Shown: positions 1 through 8,402 of the stretch, one piece after another | How positions within the stretch are numbered: the stretch's first letter is position 1 | How the letters are laid out: every line of letters begins with the position of its first letter | Source of the DNA: Providencia phage PSTCR4 | DNA: 32,000 bases | Strand: one strand, 5' to 3' | Sequence record: MW057856.1 | Program-made: the position numbers and the translations under genes | The notes under the pieces: generated by a model | What the model saw: only the letters and a program-made list of their open reading frames with translations | Told to the model about the DNA's origin: nothing | Database searches by the model: none

Positions 1-34
1 TAAAAAAGATGCTCCTCCATTAAGGTATGAATAA
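1..34 (+). CDS. 3' end of an upstream tail gene (partial; ...KKDAPPLRYE stop)
   Basis: Open frame from base 2 ending in TAA at 32-34, which overlaps the ATG at 34-36 (TAATG stop-start coupling). Confidence 0.55.
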   Translation, partial: KKDAPPLRYE

Positions 35-450
35 TGAAAAAAGTTCAAAACTATTTAGAAAAATTAAACGAACTAATAAAGGCGTCTATGGGGACGCCTT
101 TTTCATGGGGTGTTATGGATTGTTGTGTGTTTGCTGCTAAAGCAGTAGATGCACAATATGGCACAGACATTGAAAAAGATACACATTCTTATTCAACTGA
201 AATTGGCGCAAACAGATTTATTAAAAAACATGCCACAAGTTTAGAAACACTAATAGATACTTATTTAAATCCCATAGAGATCGGATTTGCTCAGAGAGGT
301 GACATTGTATTATTTATAACAGACAATGGACCTACAACGGGTTTAATGTGGTTAAATGGTGTATGGTCTACAGCTCCTGAAGGCCTTAAGTTTTTTACAA
401 ATGTTACTATCATTAAAGCATGGAGGGAGCCAAAATGCCACCAGCAATAA
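34..450 (+). CDS. Tail assembly protein, NlpC/P60-like peptidase
   Basis: 138 aa with a WGVMDCCVFAAKAVDAQYG segment resembling the NlpC/P60 Cys active-site region; directly upstream of a J-like protein, as in lambda-like tails. Confidence 0.7.
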   Translation: MKKVQNYLEKLNELIKASMGTPFSWGVMDCCVFAAKAVDAQYGTDIEKDTHSYSTEIGANRFIKKHATSLETLIDTYLNPIEIGFAQRGDIVLFITDNGPTTGLMWLNGVWSTAPEGLKFFTNVTIIKAWREPKCHQQ

Positions 451-3400
451 TCGGGGCAGTGGTCGCATTAGGTGCGAGCGGTTTAGCTGCTGCAAGTATA
501 ATCAGTGTTACTACGGCACTTGTAATTGGCATGGCTGCAACTGTCGCAGGGTCGTTATTATCAAAGCCAAAACTTCCAGGCATGGGGAATATAAAATCCC
601 AACAAGAAAGGAAACAAGTTGTAAGGTCTTCCGCTGCAAGTTGTAATGTCATCTATGGTACAACAATGATATCAGGAGTGCTCATATTTGCAGAGGAAGA
701 GCCTGGAGACCAAGACGATGGCGAATGGATTCATATGGTGCTTGCTATTGCTGGGCATAAAATTAACAGGATTGTAGAATTTTATATAGGGGACGACAAA
801 GCATCTACTTATGGTAACAATGTCGTATGGGCGTTGCTGAACGACTTACAAGAAGCGGATCCTTATCTACTTAAAAAATGCCCATCTTGGAAACAGGACA
901 TGATAGGGAAAGGCGTTGCTCTTGTTCGTGTTTCTTTAAAATACGATCAAGAAATGTTCCCTAGTGGGCTGCCTAACTTGAAGTTTGTTGTAGAAGGGAA
1001 GCTTGTTTGGGATCCTCGCACAAACACAGAATATTTCACAGATAATGCTGCCTTGTGTACTTTAGATTATTATTTAACCACAATAGGTGTTAAGAAAGAA
1101 GATATGATGTTAGCGGAATATGTTTCTGCTGCCAATACGTGCGATGAAATGGTTCAAAATGCCGACGGTTCTATGACAGCTCGTTACACCGTTAATGGAA
1201 CATTTGATGTTAGTGAACCGTTTAACGATGTGTTAATGGATGGCTTGTTTCAGGCGTGTGGCGGCGAACCCACATATATTGCAGGTAAGCATGGAATATT
1301 AGTTGGTGCCTACTACGGGCCGCCTGCGCCCAATATGGTGCTAACACAAGATCATTTACGAGACGATGTTTCCATTACTCCAGAGGCATCTTTTAAAGAT
1401 CTTACTAATATTATTCGCGGTGTTTATGTTGACCCTAAACAGGACTATAACGAAACAGATTTTCCACCTGTAGTCATTGAAGAATGGTTGCAACAAGACG
1501 GAAGAGAATTAGCTGAAGATTTTAAATTTAGATTTGTAAATAACCCTTATACAGCACAACGACTTGCTACAATTGCAGTTCATAGAAAGCGTGTAAGCAG
1601 AATGATGGAGTTGCCTATAAATCTTAAAGGTTTTAAATTTCGTCCTGGTCGATTTATAAATATAGACTTGCCTCATCTTGGAATAAACATGGTGGAATTC
1701 CGTGTTACAAAATGGGATTTTGACCCGCAGGCAGGAATTAGCATTACAGTAAGACAAGAAAGCCCGTCTACATATAATGATGTTGTTGGCAAAATTGTGG
1801 AACTGCCACCTTTAACTAATTTACGCCCCGAAACAATTGCAGCTCCTCAAAACATTAGATTCAATTTGGATAAGATTGGAGACGTTGTTCAAGGTGTGTT
1901 GCAATGGGAAAACCCACAAGAAGCGGCCTATAACAATGTGGTTATATTCGATTCTACTGGCAATGTAGTAAACACAATTCAAGTTCCCGGCAATCGCGTT
2001 CAACTAAATGGACTTGTAAAAGGGAAATATAAAGTAAATGTGTATGCGTTCGGTTTTAATGGTGCAAAGTCATCTCCTGGATATGTGGAAATAGATATTT
2101 CTGCTCCAAACATGCCTACAAATATAAGAGTAGAAAGTGGGTTCTATTCTGTGTCTATTTACCCATCTAGCTCTGATTTAAATGCTCCAACTTTTGAATA
2201 TTGGATGTCCGATAAAGCATTAACTGGAGATGCAGTAATATTGCAAAATGCATCTAGATTGGGTCAGGGTAGTTTTTGGACTGTAGAAAACTTAAACCCT
2301 ATGCAAATTTATTATTTCCACGTCAGGACAATAAATATTTATGGCGCCTCCACCTTTAAATCCGTTGCAGGTAGAGCAAGCACAAAAGCGGATGAAATAT
2401 TAGACGTTGTTGGTAAACAATGGCAAGATAGCGAGCTTGGTCAAGTAATCAAAGACATGGAAGTTAATATTGAAAATCTAGATGTTGTAAATAAAGCACT
2501 AGAAGATGTCATCCGACAAAATAAAGATGACGTGGAAAAGTTAAATATTGCAGTTCGCAAAAGCTTCCAAACCATTGGGGATGTCACTTTTCAGATTCGC
2601 CAGAATAAAGGTACAAATGAAGCTGAAATTAAACGTGTGGAAGGTGTTGTGGCGACGGAAACAGAGGCTAGAGTACAATCGTTTGAATATCTTAATGCAA
2701 AAGTAGAAGGGGTTAATGGTACTCTTACAGGGGAACTTAACACATTTAAGGAAGTTTATGCCACAGACAAAGCTGTGCTTGTAACATGGCAGCAAGAAGC
2801 AATTGCAAGATTTGAATATAACGAAAGCAGTATTTTAGAAATTCAGGAAACAACATCAACACTAACGGAAAGTGTTGCACAACACACAAGACAATTAACT
2901 GCACAACAGTCAACTTTAGAGTCACAGGGTGTTACATTAGACTCTCAAGGCAAACTACTTAATGCACAAGGTTTGAAACTAGACGAACAAGGAAGATTAG
3001 TTGACTCACAAGGTAAAATTATAAACTCACAAGGCATACAATTAGATTCACAAGGTAAGTTGATAAATGATCAAGGTAAAGTAATAGATTCTCATGGTGT
3101 TGCTATTACGGAACATGCAAGTCGTATTACAAGCGTGGAAAAAGTTTCTGCTACCAACACACAATCCATTACTGAAAATAAACAAGCTGCTGATTCCAGA
3201 TTTGCAAGTAACGAAGCTTCTATAAATCAAGCCCAACAAACTGCTGCAAGTGCTGAAGATGCTGCTGTCAAATTTGCTGTTCAGATGGCCGCAGAAAGCA
3301 AGAAAACACAAGAAAATATTAACGAATCTAAAGCAGAAATATTAGATGTTAAGAATATAGTTGCGAACCAAGAGCTTGCAATGGCTCAACAAATAAGCCA

Positions 3401-4478
3401 GCTTAAAACTGAATTTAATGGAAACATTGCAACTATTAACGGACAACTTAAAGTTGTTTCCGATGCAACAAGCGCTAATGCTTCAGCGATTCAAATTTTA
3501 GCAACAGATGTAGGTAACAACAAAGGACAAATATCCAGTATTCAAACTAGCATAACCACATTAGAAAAGTCTGTACAAGAAACCAAAGATCAATTGTATG
3601 CTCAAACACAATCCACAGACCAAAGGTTTACTGCTGTTAATCAAACTATAAACCAAACCAAAACTGAGTTGGAAAAGTCTATTGCATCGTCGAATCAAAC
3701 ATTAAGTTCACAGATTGCAACAGTAGACGGGAAAGCAGTGCAAGCAGGTAAAGATGCCGCGACAGCAAACAGTAATGCTGGTAAAGCTCAAACTACAGCT
3801 GATGGTGCAACTAAAAATATAAATGACTATAAAACAGCTAACGATAAGGAAATTGTTTTAGTAAAAGCAGACATAAAATCTAATAGGGAAGCTATAGCGA
3901 CAGAAAAGCAAGCAAGGACGACAGATGTGACAAACTTGCAAGCATCTTTAAATAGCACCAATGCAAAAGTAGAACAAAAGATGGAAGCAGTTGTTGAACA
4001 TAATGGAACGGTGGCAGCAACTTATACATTAAGAGCAGGAATAGAGTTACCAAACGGAACATATAAATCCGCCGGTTTATTTCTTGGTGTCAGTGGTGGG
4101 ACAAATCCCGTTGCGTCTGTTGGAGTCAATGCAGATAATTTTGTAGTAATGAATAGTCGTAATGGGAAGCTGGAAACAGTGTTCCAAGTTGACTCCAGTG
4201 GTAATGTTGTCATTAGAAACGCCCTCATCAGCAAATTATTTGTAGAAGAAGCAATTGTCGGGTCTACCCTTTCGTCTGCGGACTTCAGTGCAACTAAAGG
4301 TATACAGATAGACTTTAAAAATGGTAAGATTATTGCCAACGGGGGAACATGGGGCGCAGGTCTTAATGTTGGAAACCCTACAGGAAAAGGTTTATCCATC
4401 ACAGATCAAACAATACTTGTAAGAGATGAAAATGGAAGACTTCGCTTTGCATGTGGTTATATTAAGGGGTTGGTATAA
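420..4478 (+). CDS. Central tail tip / host-specificity protein (lambda J-like)
   Basis: 1352 aa. Glycine-rich N-terminus, fibronectin III-like segments (PAPQNIRFNLDKIGDVVQGVLQWENPQ...), long coiled-coil/low-complexity C-terminal half, position after the NlpC/P60-like gene. Confidence 0.88.
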   Translation: MEGAKMPPAIIGAVVALGASGLAAASIISVTTALVIGMAATVAGSLLSKPKLPGMGNIKSQQERKQVVRSSAASCNVIYGTTMISGVLIFAEEEPGDQDDGEWIHMVLAIAGHKINRIVEFYIGDDKASTYGNNVVWALLNDLQEADPYLLKKCPSWKQDMIGKGVALVRVSLKYDQEMFPSGLPNLKFVVEGKLVWDPRTNTEYFTDNAALCTLDYYLTTIGVKKEDMMLAEYVSAANTCDEMVQNADGSMTARYTVNGTFDVSEPFNDVLMDGLFQACGGEPTYIAGKHGILVGAYYGPPAPNMVLTQDHLRDDVSITPEASFKDLTNIIRGVYVDPKQDYNETDFPPVVIEEWLQQDGRELAEDFKFRFVNNPYTAQRLATIAVHRKRVSRMMELPINLKGFKFRPGRFINIDLPHLGINMVEFRVTKWDFDPQAGISITVRQESPSTYNDVVGKIVELPPLTNLRPETIAAPQNIRFNLDKIGDVVQGVLQWENPQEAAYNNVVIFDSTGNVVNTIQVPGNRVQLNGLVKGKYKVNVYAFGFNGAKSSPGYVEIDISAPNMPTNIRVESGFYSVSIYPSSSDLNAPTFEYWMSDKALTGDAVILQNASRLGQGSFWTVENLNPMQIYYFHVRTINIYGASTFKSVAGRASTKADEILDVVGKQWQDSELGQVIKDMEVNIENLDVVNKALEDVIRQNKDDVEKLNIAVRKSFQTIGDVTFQIRQNKGTNEAEIKRVEGVVATETEARVQSFEYLNAKVEGVNGTLTGELNTFKEVYATDKAVLVTWQQEAIARFEYNESSILEIQETTSTLTESVAQHTRQLTAQQSTLESQGVTLDSQGKLLNAQGLKLDEQGRLVDSQGKIINSQGIQLDSQGKLINDQGKVIDSHGVAITEHASRITSVEKVSATNTQSITENKQAADSRFASNEASINQAQQTAASAEDAAVKFAVQMAAESKKTQENINESKAEILDVKNIVANQELAMAQQISQLKTEFNGNIATINGQLKVVSDATSANASAIQILATDVGNNKGQISSIQTSITTLEKSVQETKDQLYAQTQSTDQRFTAVNQTINQTKTELEKSIASSNQTLSSQIATVDGKAVQAGKDAATANSNAGKAQTTADGATKNINDYKTANDKEIVLVKADIKSNREAIATEKQARTTDVTNLQASLNSTNAKVEQKMEAVVEHNGTVAATYTLRAGIELPNGTYKSAGLFLGVSGGTNPVASVGVNADNFVVMNSRNGKLETVFQVDSSGNVVIRNALISKLFVEEAIVGSTLSSADFSATKGIQIDFKNGKIIANGGTWGAGLNVGNPTGKGLSITDQTILVRDENGRLRFACGYIKGLV
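2922..3110 (+). repeat. Nine in-frame tandem 21-nt (7-aa) repeats, approximate consensus S-Q-G-K-x-[LI]-[DN]
   Basis: SQGVTLD SQGKLLN AQGLKLD EQGRLVD SQGKIIN SQGIQLD SQGKLIN DQGKVID SHGVAIT, read directly from the sequence. Confidence 0.92.
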
Positions 4479-4750
4479 TGAAAAGATTATTAATAGTGTT
4501 AGGTGTATTACTTTCGGGGTGTTCTGCCATGCAATCTACACACGAAACAATTAATAAACCAGTAAACTGCTCTGCAATGTACTATTTAGATAATCTTGGT
4601 TATAGCGGAACTGTTCCTGTTAAACTTACCAGAATTTATCAAGATCGTTTCGGTAAAGTTTCTTATCAGGCTCGTTCTAACCTTAATATTAAATTTGCAG
4701 GAAGAGGTGTAATTCCTGCAAATCAATTAAAGGATATTAAATGTGAGTGA
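4478..4750 (+). CDS. Small lipoprotein; possible Cor-like superinfection-exclusion protein
   Basis: 90 aa, MKRLLIVLGVLLSGCSAM signal with an LSGC lipobox; located between J and the distal tail genes. Confidence 0.7.
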   Translation: MKRLLIVLGVLLSGCSAMQSTHETINKPVNCSAMYYLDNLGYSGTVPVKLTRIYQDRFGKVSYQARSNLNIKFAGRGVIPANQLKDIKCE

Positions 4751-5708
4751 TTATGGAACAATGTTTGTTGACGGTAAAGGTAAAAACATAGACACATACC
4801 TTAAAAAATACGTCATCGATGTTGTGAAGGCTAGATCTGGAACATCTAAAAAATATCCAGGCGTTCCAGATTTGGAAGCTGTTATGTATTCAACTATGGG
4901 TGTTTATCCAGGAAGCGCAACTGTATCAGGGGATACAGTTTCTTGGCCTTCCAATCCAGGAGGGGGTTCTTCTTGGTCCGATAACGATGTTATAATTGTG
5001 ACAGCCAGCAGAGGGACTGTTTCATCGGGGGGCTATGGCTCGGTCATTAGTGACAGCGAAGGCAAACCGTTATTCCCATATACACCTTCTACCTATGTTT
5101 TCTACAAAAGGATGCAATTGCCCGCAGGACATGGTAAAACATTAAATATAGGTATAACAACAAGCGAACCTACACCTCTTGTTTTCTTTGGAGGAGATAC
5201 TTTTACAGTTAAAGATGTAAGTCCTGGCAATTGGAACTCTGATAATACAGCTATAGGTGCAATGTTTAGAACCGACGTCAGTGGAAATCAACATCGTGTA
5301 TTTTATCAATACGAATCTGGAACTGTGTTTCTTTATGTTTTTATGCCATCCTCATATGTATGGGCAAAAACGTCAGTAACAGATAGACCTGATTATGGAG
5401 CTGTTAGTTTTAACGATAATGGGGAAATTCAATTTATAAGTGGTCAAACTCCTTTAGAGTTTATAAAAACAAGCACTGAAAATATGACCGCACCAAAAGA
5501 AATGGGCTTTAAATGTGCATTTCTTGGAACTATAACAGGGCATTTTCCAGTTATAAGTGGTCTTGGTGGATTTTATAGGGTGTCTGTTTCCAATGTCGGG
5601 AAAGGTACTCAACATCAACCGTGTACAATAACAACAGGCTTATCTCAAAGTCCTGTCAATGGAAGATATCCATACACATATTGTACAGATAGAACAAGAT
5701 ATGATTAA
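4743..5708 (+). CDS. Putative tail tip / distal tail protein
   Basis: 321 aa, Gly/Ser/Thr-rich beta-type composition, embedded between J and the fibre gene. Confidence 0.6.
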   Translation: MSDYGTMFVDGKGKNIDTYLKKYVIDVVKARSGTSKKYPGVPDLEAVMYSTMGVYPGSATVSGDTVSWPSNPGGGSSWSDNDVIIVTASRGTVSSGGYGSVISDSEGKPLFPYTPSTYVFYKRMQLPAGHGKTLNIGITTSEPTPLVFFGGDTFTVKDVSPGNWNSDNTAIGAMFRTDVSGNQHRVFYQYESGTVFLYVFMPSSYVWAKTSVTDRPDYGAVSFNDNGEIQFISGQTPLEFIKTSTENMTAPKEMGFKCAFLGTITGHFPVISGLGGFYRVSVSNVGKGTQHQPCTITTGLSQSPVNGRYPYTYCTDRTRYD

Positions 5709-5717
5709 GGAAAAATT

Positions 5718-8072
5718 ATGAGTTACAAAGCCGGCACAGTCACCACTGTAGCGAACAATGCAACAATTACAGGTACTAACACGCAATGGGCCAACACGCT
5801 GTATAATGTGGTTAAAGGGCAAATAATCGTTATTACGCAAGGTACAAACACTGATATTTATACTATTGAAGAAATTAAAAGCAACACATCTTTAGTATTA
5901 AGTCGTCCTGCCGTAAGAGCAGCAACTAATGCAACCTACGAAATCTTAACCACATTAAACAATTCGGTTTCGGATGATACAATCAAATTAGGAAATGAGA
6001 TTGTTGCAATGGGCGATTTCATGCGCATTATGCAAGCATGGACAACCGGCACACAAAACACGATCAAAGTCACTTGGGGCAGTCAAGAGATTACTATCGC
6101 CACCGTGGCGGGATTGCAAAGTCAAATAAATGAAAAAATGCCTTTGTTTATTCCGTTTATCCCAGACAAAACTGACATACTTGCATACTTTGCTAGTGGT
6201 AAAAGGGTTGGCTTTTATCGCTCTGGCGTTGATGTTACCAATGTTCCTGTGCGCTTCACTAGCAGCGCAAGATACGAATGGATACCACATGGAGACCATA
6301 CCGCATCTTCGGGTGTATTACACATGTACACTGCGAATGACGGCTCGTTCAAGAACTCCAGTGTTAATGGAGTTTGGTCTGGTTGGGAAAAAGAAGTATT
6401 TAGCCCAGTAACTAGCGATATATCGTTTCCTGCATCGCAAAGAGGTGAAGCGGTAATAAACTCTCAAAGATGGCGGCTGACGTCTTTGTATAATGAGTCA
6501 TTAACAGAACTAAGAGCCGCTTTTCAGGGGGGTAGCGGCATAAATGACGAATATATGGTGTTAGGGTGGGGGTCCGCGTCATCCTCGTCGCTAGAATCCC
6601 CTTGCGCCATATTCGGCACGATAACAGCGTCTAGAGGTATGAATAACGCAGGAAATCTCCCTGTGATGTGTGACATTATATATCAAGATGCGTACAACAG
6701 TAGTTTTTGCAGTATCATAGCTAGGGGTGCTCGAACTAGTGCATTTCGTGGCATTTATAGAGCATGGTATAAAGGAAATCGAGTTGTTGTAGTTCAATTA
6801 GATTCGACCAACGGCGAATATAATGGAGGTGCTACGTTCACAGGTAATGTAATATATAAAGCACCATTTGATAAAATAGGTTCTGGCGGGATGTTCACAG
6901 TAGTCAGAGCGTCCGAATTAGAATCATTGGTTGAAATAGGGCAATCCCAGCTTGCCGCATATAAAGAAAGAAACGGTTCAATGGAGATACAAGAGTCTCT
7001 GCGAATTTCAAATAGCCCGTGGCCTGGTATAACCCTAGTCCACAACGATCTAACATCTATGCGTATGGAATACAAACCGGTTTCTATGTTGGAACTCTCT
7101 AAGAGAGACGAGAAGAACGAAAGACAAAAAAGCGTCTATATTAAGCTACCTACTGGAGCTAATGCCAATCTTCTATCTACAGACGACATAATCTCAACTA
7201 AGGGGTATTTAACATACTCCGGCTTAATGACCTCTGGGAGAATGGAAGCACGAAGTGATAGAAATGGTGCAGACGTTAATTTTGCGGACGACTTTCCGAT
7301 AGGTGTTACGGCTGGTATAACGTCGTTAAAAGATTTCTCATTGGGAAGCGATGGGTACTCATACGGGGCCTTAGCCACTTTTAGAGGATGGAACGACGCA
7401 ACTGGTGCAGGGGCGTGCGGTCAAATCTTGGTCACGTCTACAGGCATAGCCGGAAGAAACGGTTATAAAAACGCGGACAATAAAACTCAATTTTTCCATC
7501 CGTGGGTTGCGTGGACAGATAAAAATACGACAAAGGATGCTCAAGGTAACTTAAGAGCAGCCTCCCCCATTGTTAAAGTTTTTGCTAATAAATATGAAAC
7601 AAACGATGAGTCGGAAGGCGTTGTTGTAAAAAGATTAGACAAGGGGGTATATAAAATCGAGGGCGTACTCGGGCTAAACTCCGATGCATCTTGGGGCGGT
7701 ATTCATGGTGGGATTGTTGCTCCAAAAGGTATAAACAACGCTGAATTGGTGTGGGTAAGGTATAAAATTCTAAGCGATGGGGACATCATTCTTAAAACAT
7801 ATTATAGGAAGTTACCCGCTGACACACCACCGGAAATCGTGTTAGATAGGCTTATAACATATCCTGAATTTATGGATGAGAACGGGAACGAAATTGAAAG
7901 CTACTCGCCGTGTGATATTCCGAATGGGCATTGGGTAGATGTTCGTGTTCAAATGTCAGAGCAATCCATATACAACATTAGAGTAAGAGCGACATATTTG
8001 CAGATGTTTTATTCCGAACTTTTAGATTATTTTAACTTTGTATTAAGTAACCAAACCAAATTATTAAATTAA
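5718..8072 (+). CDS. Tail fibre / receptor-binding protein
   Basis: 784 aa. N-terminus MSYKAGTVTTVANNATITGTNTQW... is typical of phage fibre N-terminal adaptors; last gene of the rightward late module. Confidence 0.8.
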   Translation: MSYKAGTVTTVANNATITGTNTQWANTLYNVVKGQIIVITQGTNTDIYTIEEIKSNTSLVLSRPAVRAATNATYEILTTLNNSVSDDTIKLGNEIVAMGDFMRIMQAWTTGTQNTIKVTWGSQEITIATVAGLQSQINEKMPLFIPFIPDKTDILAYFASGKRVGFYRSGVDVTNVPVRFTSSARYEWIPHGDHTASSGVLHMYTANDGSFKNSSVNGVWSGWEKEVFSPVTSDISFPASQRGEAVINSQRWRLTSLYNESLTELRAAFQGGSGINDEYMVLGWGSASSSSLESPCAIFGTITASRGMNNAGNLPVMCDIIYQDAYNSSFCSIIARGARTSAFRGIYRAWYKGNRVVVVQLDSTNGEYNGGATFTGNVIYKAPFDKIGSGGMFTVVRASELESLVEIGQSQLAAYKERNGSMEIQESLRISNSPWPGITLVHNDLTSMRMEYKPVSMLELSKRDEKNERQKSVYIKLPTGANANLLSTDDIISTKGYLTYSGLMTSGRMEARSDRNGADVNFADDFPIGVTAGITSLKDFSLGSDGYSYGALATFRGWNDATGAGACGQILVTSTGIAGRNGYKNADNKTQFFHPWVAWTDKNTTKDAQGNLRAASPIVKVFANKYETNDESEGVVVKRLDKGVYKIEGVLGLNSDASWGGIHGGIVAPKGINNAELVWVRYKILSDGDIILKTYYRKLPADTPPEIVLDRLITYPEFMDENGNEIESYSPCDIPNGHWVDVRVQMSEQSIYNIRVRATYLQMFYSELLDYFNFVLSNQTKLLN

Positions 8073-8080
8073 TTACAAAT

Positions 8081-8105
8081 AAGGGGTCATTAGACCCCTT
8101 ATATT
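8081..8105 (+). terminator. Intrinsic terminator after the tail fibre gene (possibly bidirectional)
   Basis: AAGGGGTC-ATTA-GACCCCTT perfect 8-bp stem followed by ATATTTT; lies in the convergent junction. Confidence 0.7.
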
Positions 8106-8261
8106 TTAAAACACACCAATCTGAACTCTCACCAAACCTTTCTTGTCTGTAATGGCAATTACCTTGTCTGTGTATATAACCTCCGCTTTGCTAAAATTAT
8201 TTTTAATTGTACGTGTGTTTTTCGTGCTTGTATTCGTTTTTAACAGCTTTTTAATTAACAT
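8106..8261 (-). CDS. Hypothetical 51-aa protein
   Basis: MLIKKLLKTNTSTKNTRTIKNNFSKAEVIYTDKVIAITDKKGLVRVQIGVF; AGGA about 8 nt upstream of ATG. Below the supplied 60-aa ORF cutoff. Confidence 0.45.
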   Translation of the reverse strand: MLIKKLLKTNTSTKNTRTIKNNFSKAEVIYTDKVIAITDKKGLVRVQIGVF

Positions 8262-8371
8262 GCTATATTCCTATTGAGTGTGTTACAACTGCTTAAATTA
8301 CCATATAAAGTGAACTTATTATCGGCAATTATAAATGTGGTTAACCTTGCAACTTCGATTAATATAAAGAC

Positions 8372-8397
8372 AAAAAAAAGCGGACCGAAGTCCACTT
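8372..8397 (-). terminator. Intrinsic terminator after the DNA polymerase gene
   Basis: Minus strand AAGTGGAC-TTCG-GTCCGC followed by TTTTTTTT; UUCG tetraloop. Confidence 0.85.
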
Positions 8398-8402
8398 AAT
8401 AA

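Noticed and set aside
2922-3110. CRISPR-like or intergenic satellite interpretation of the 21-nt repeats
   Set aside because: Repeats are contiguous, in frame and encode a regular heptad inside a confident tail protein; there are no spacers.
5640-5840. Minus-strand ORF spanning the 4743 and 5718 gene boundary
   Set aside because: Antisense to two well-supported tail genes and composition not protein-like.
6130-6411. 93-aa plus-strand ORF inside the fibre gene
   Set aside because: Alternate frame nested in a confident fibre ORF; no independent evidence.
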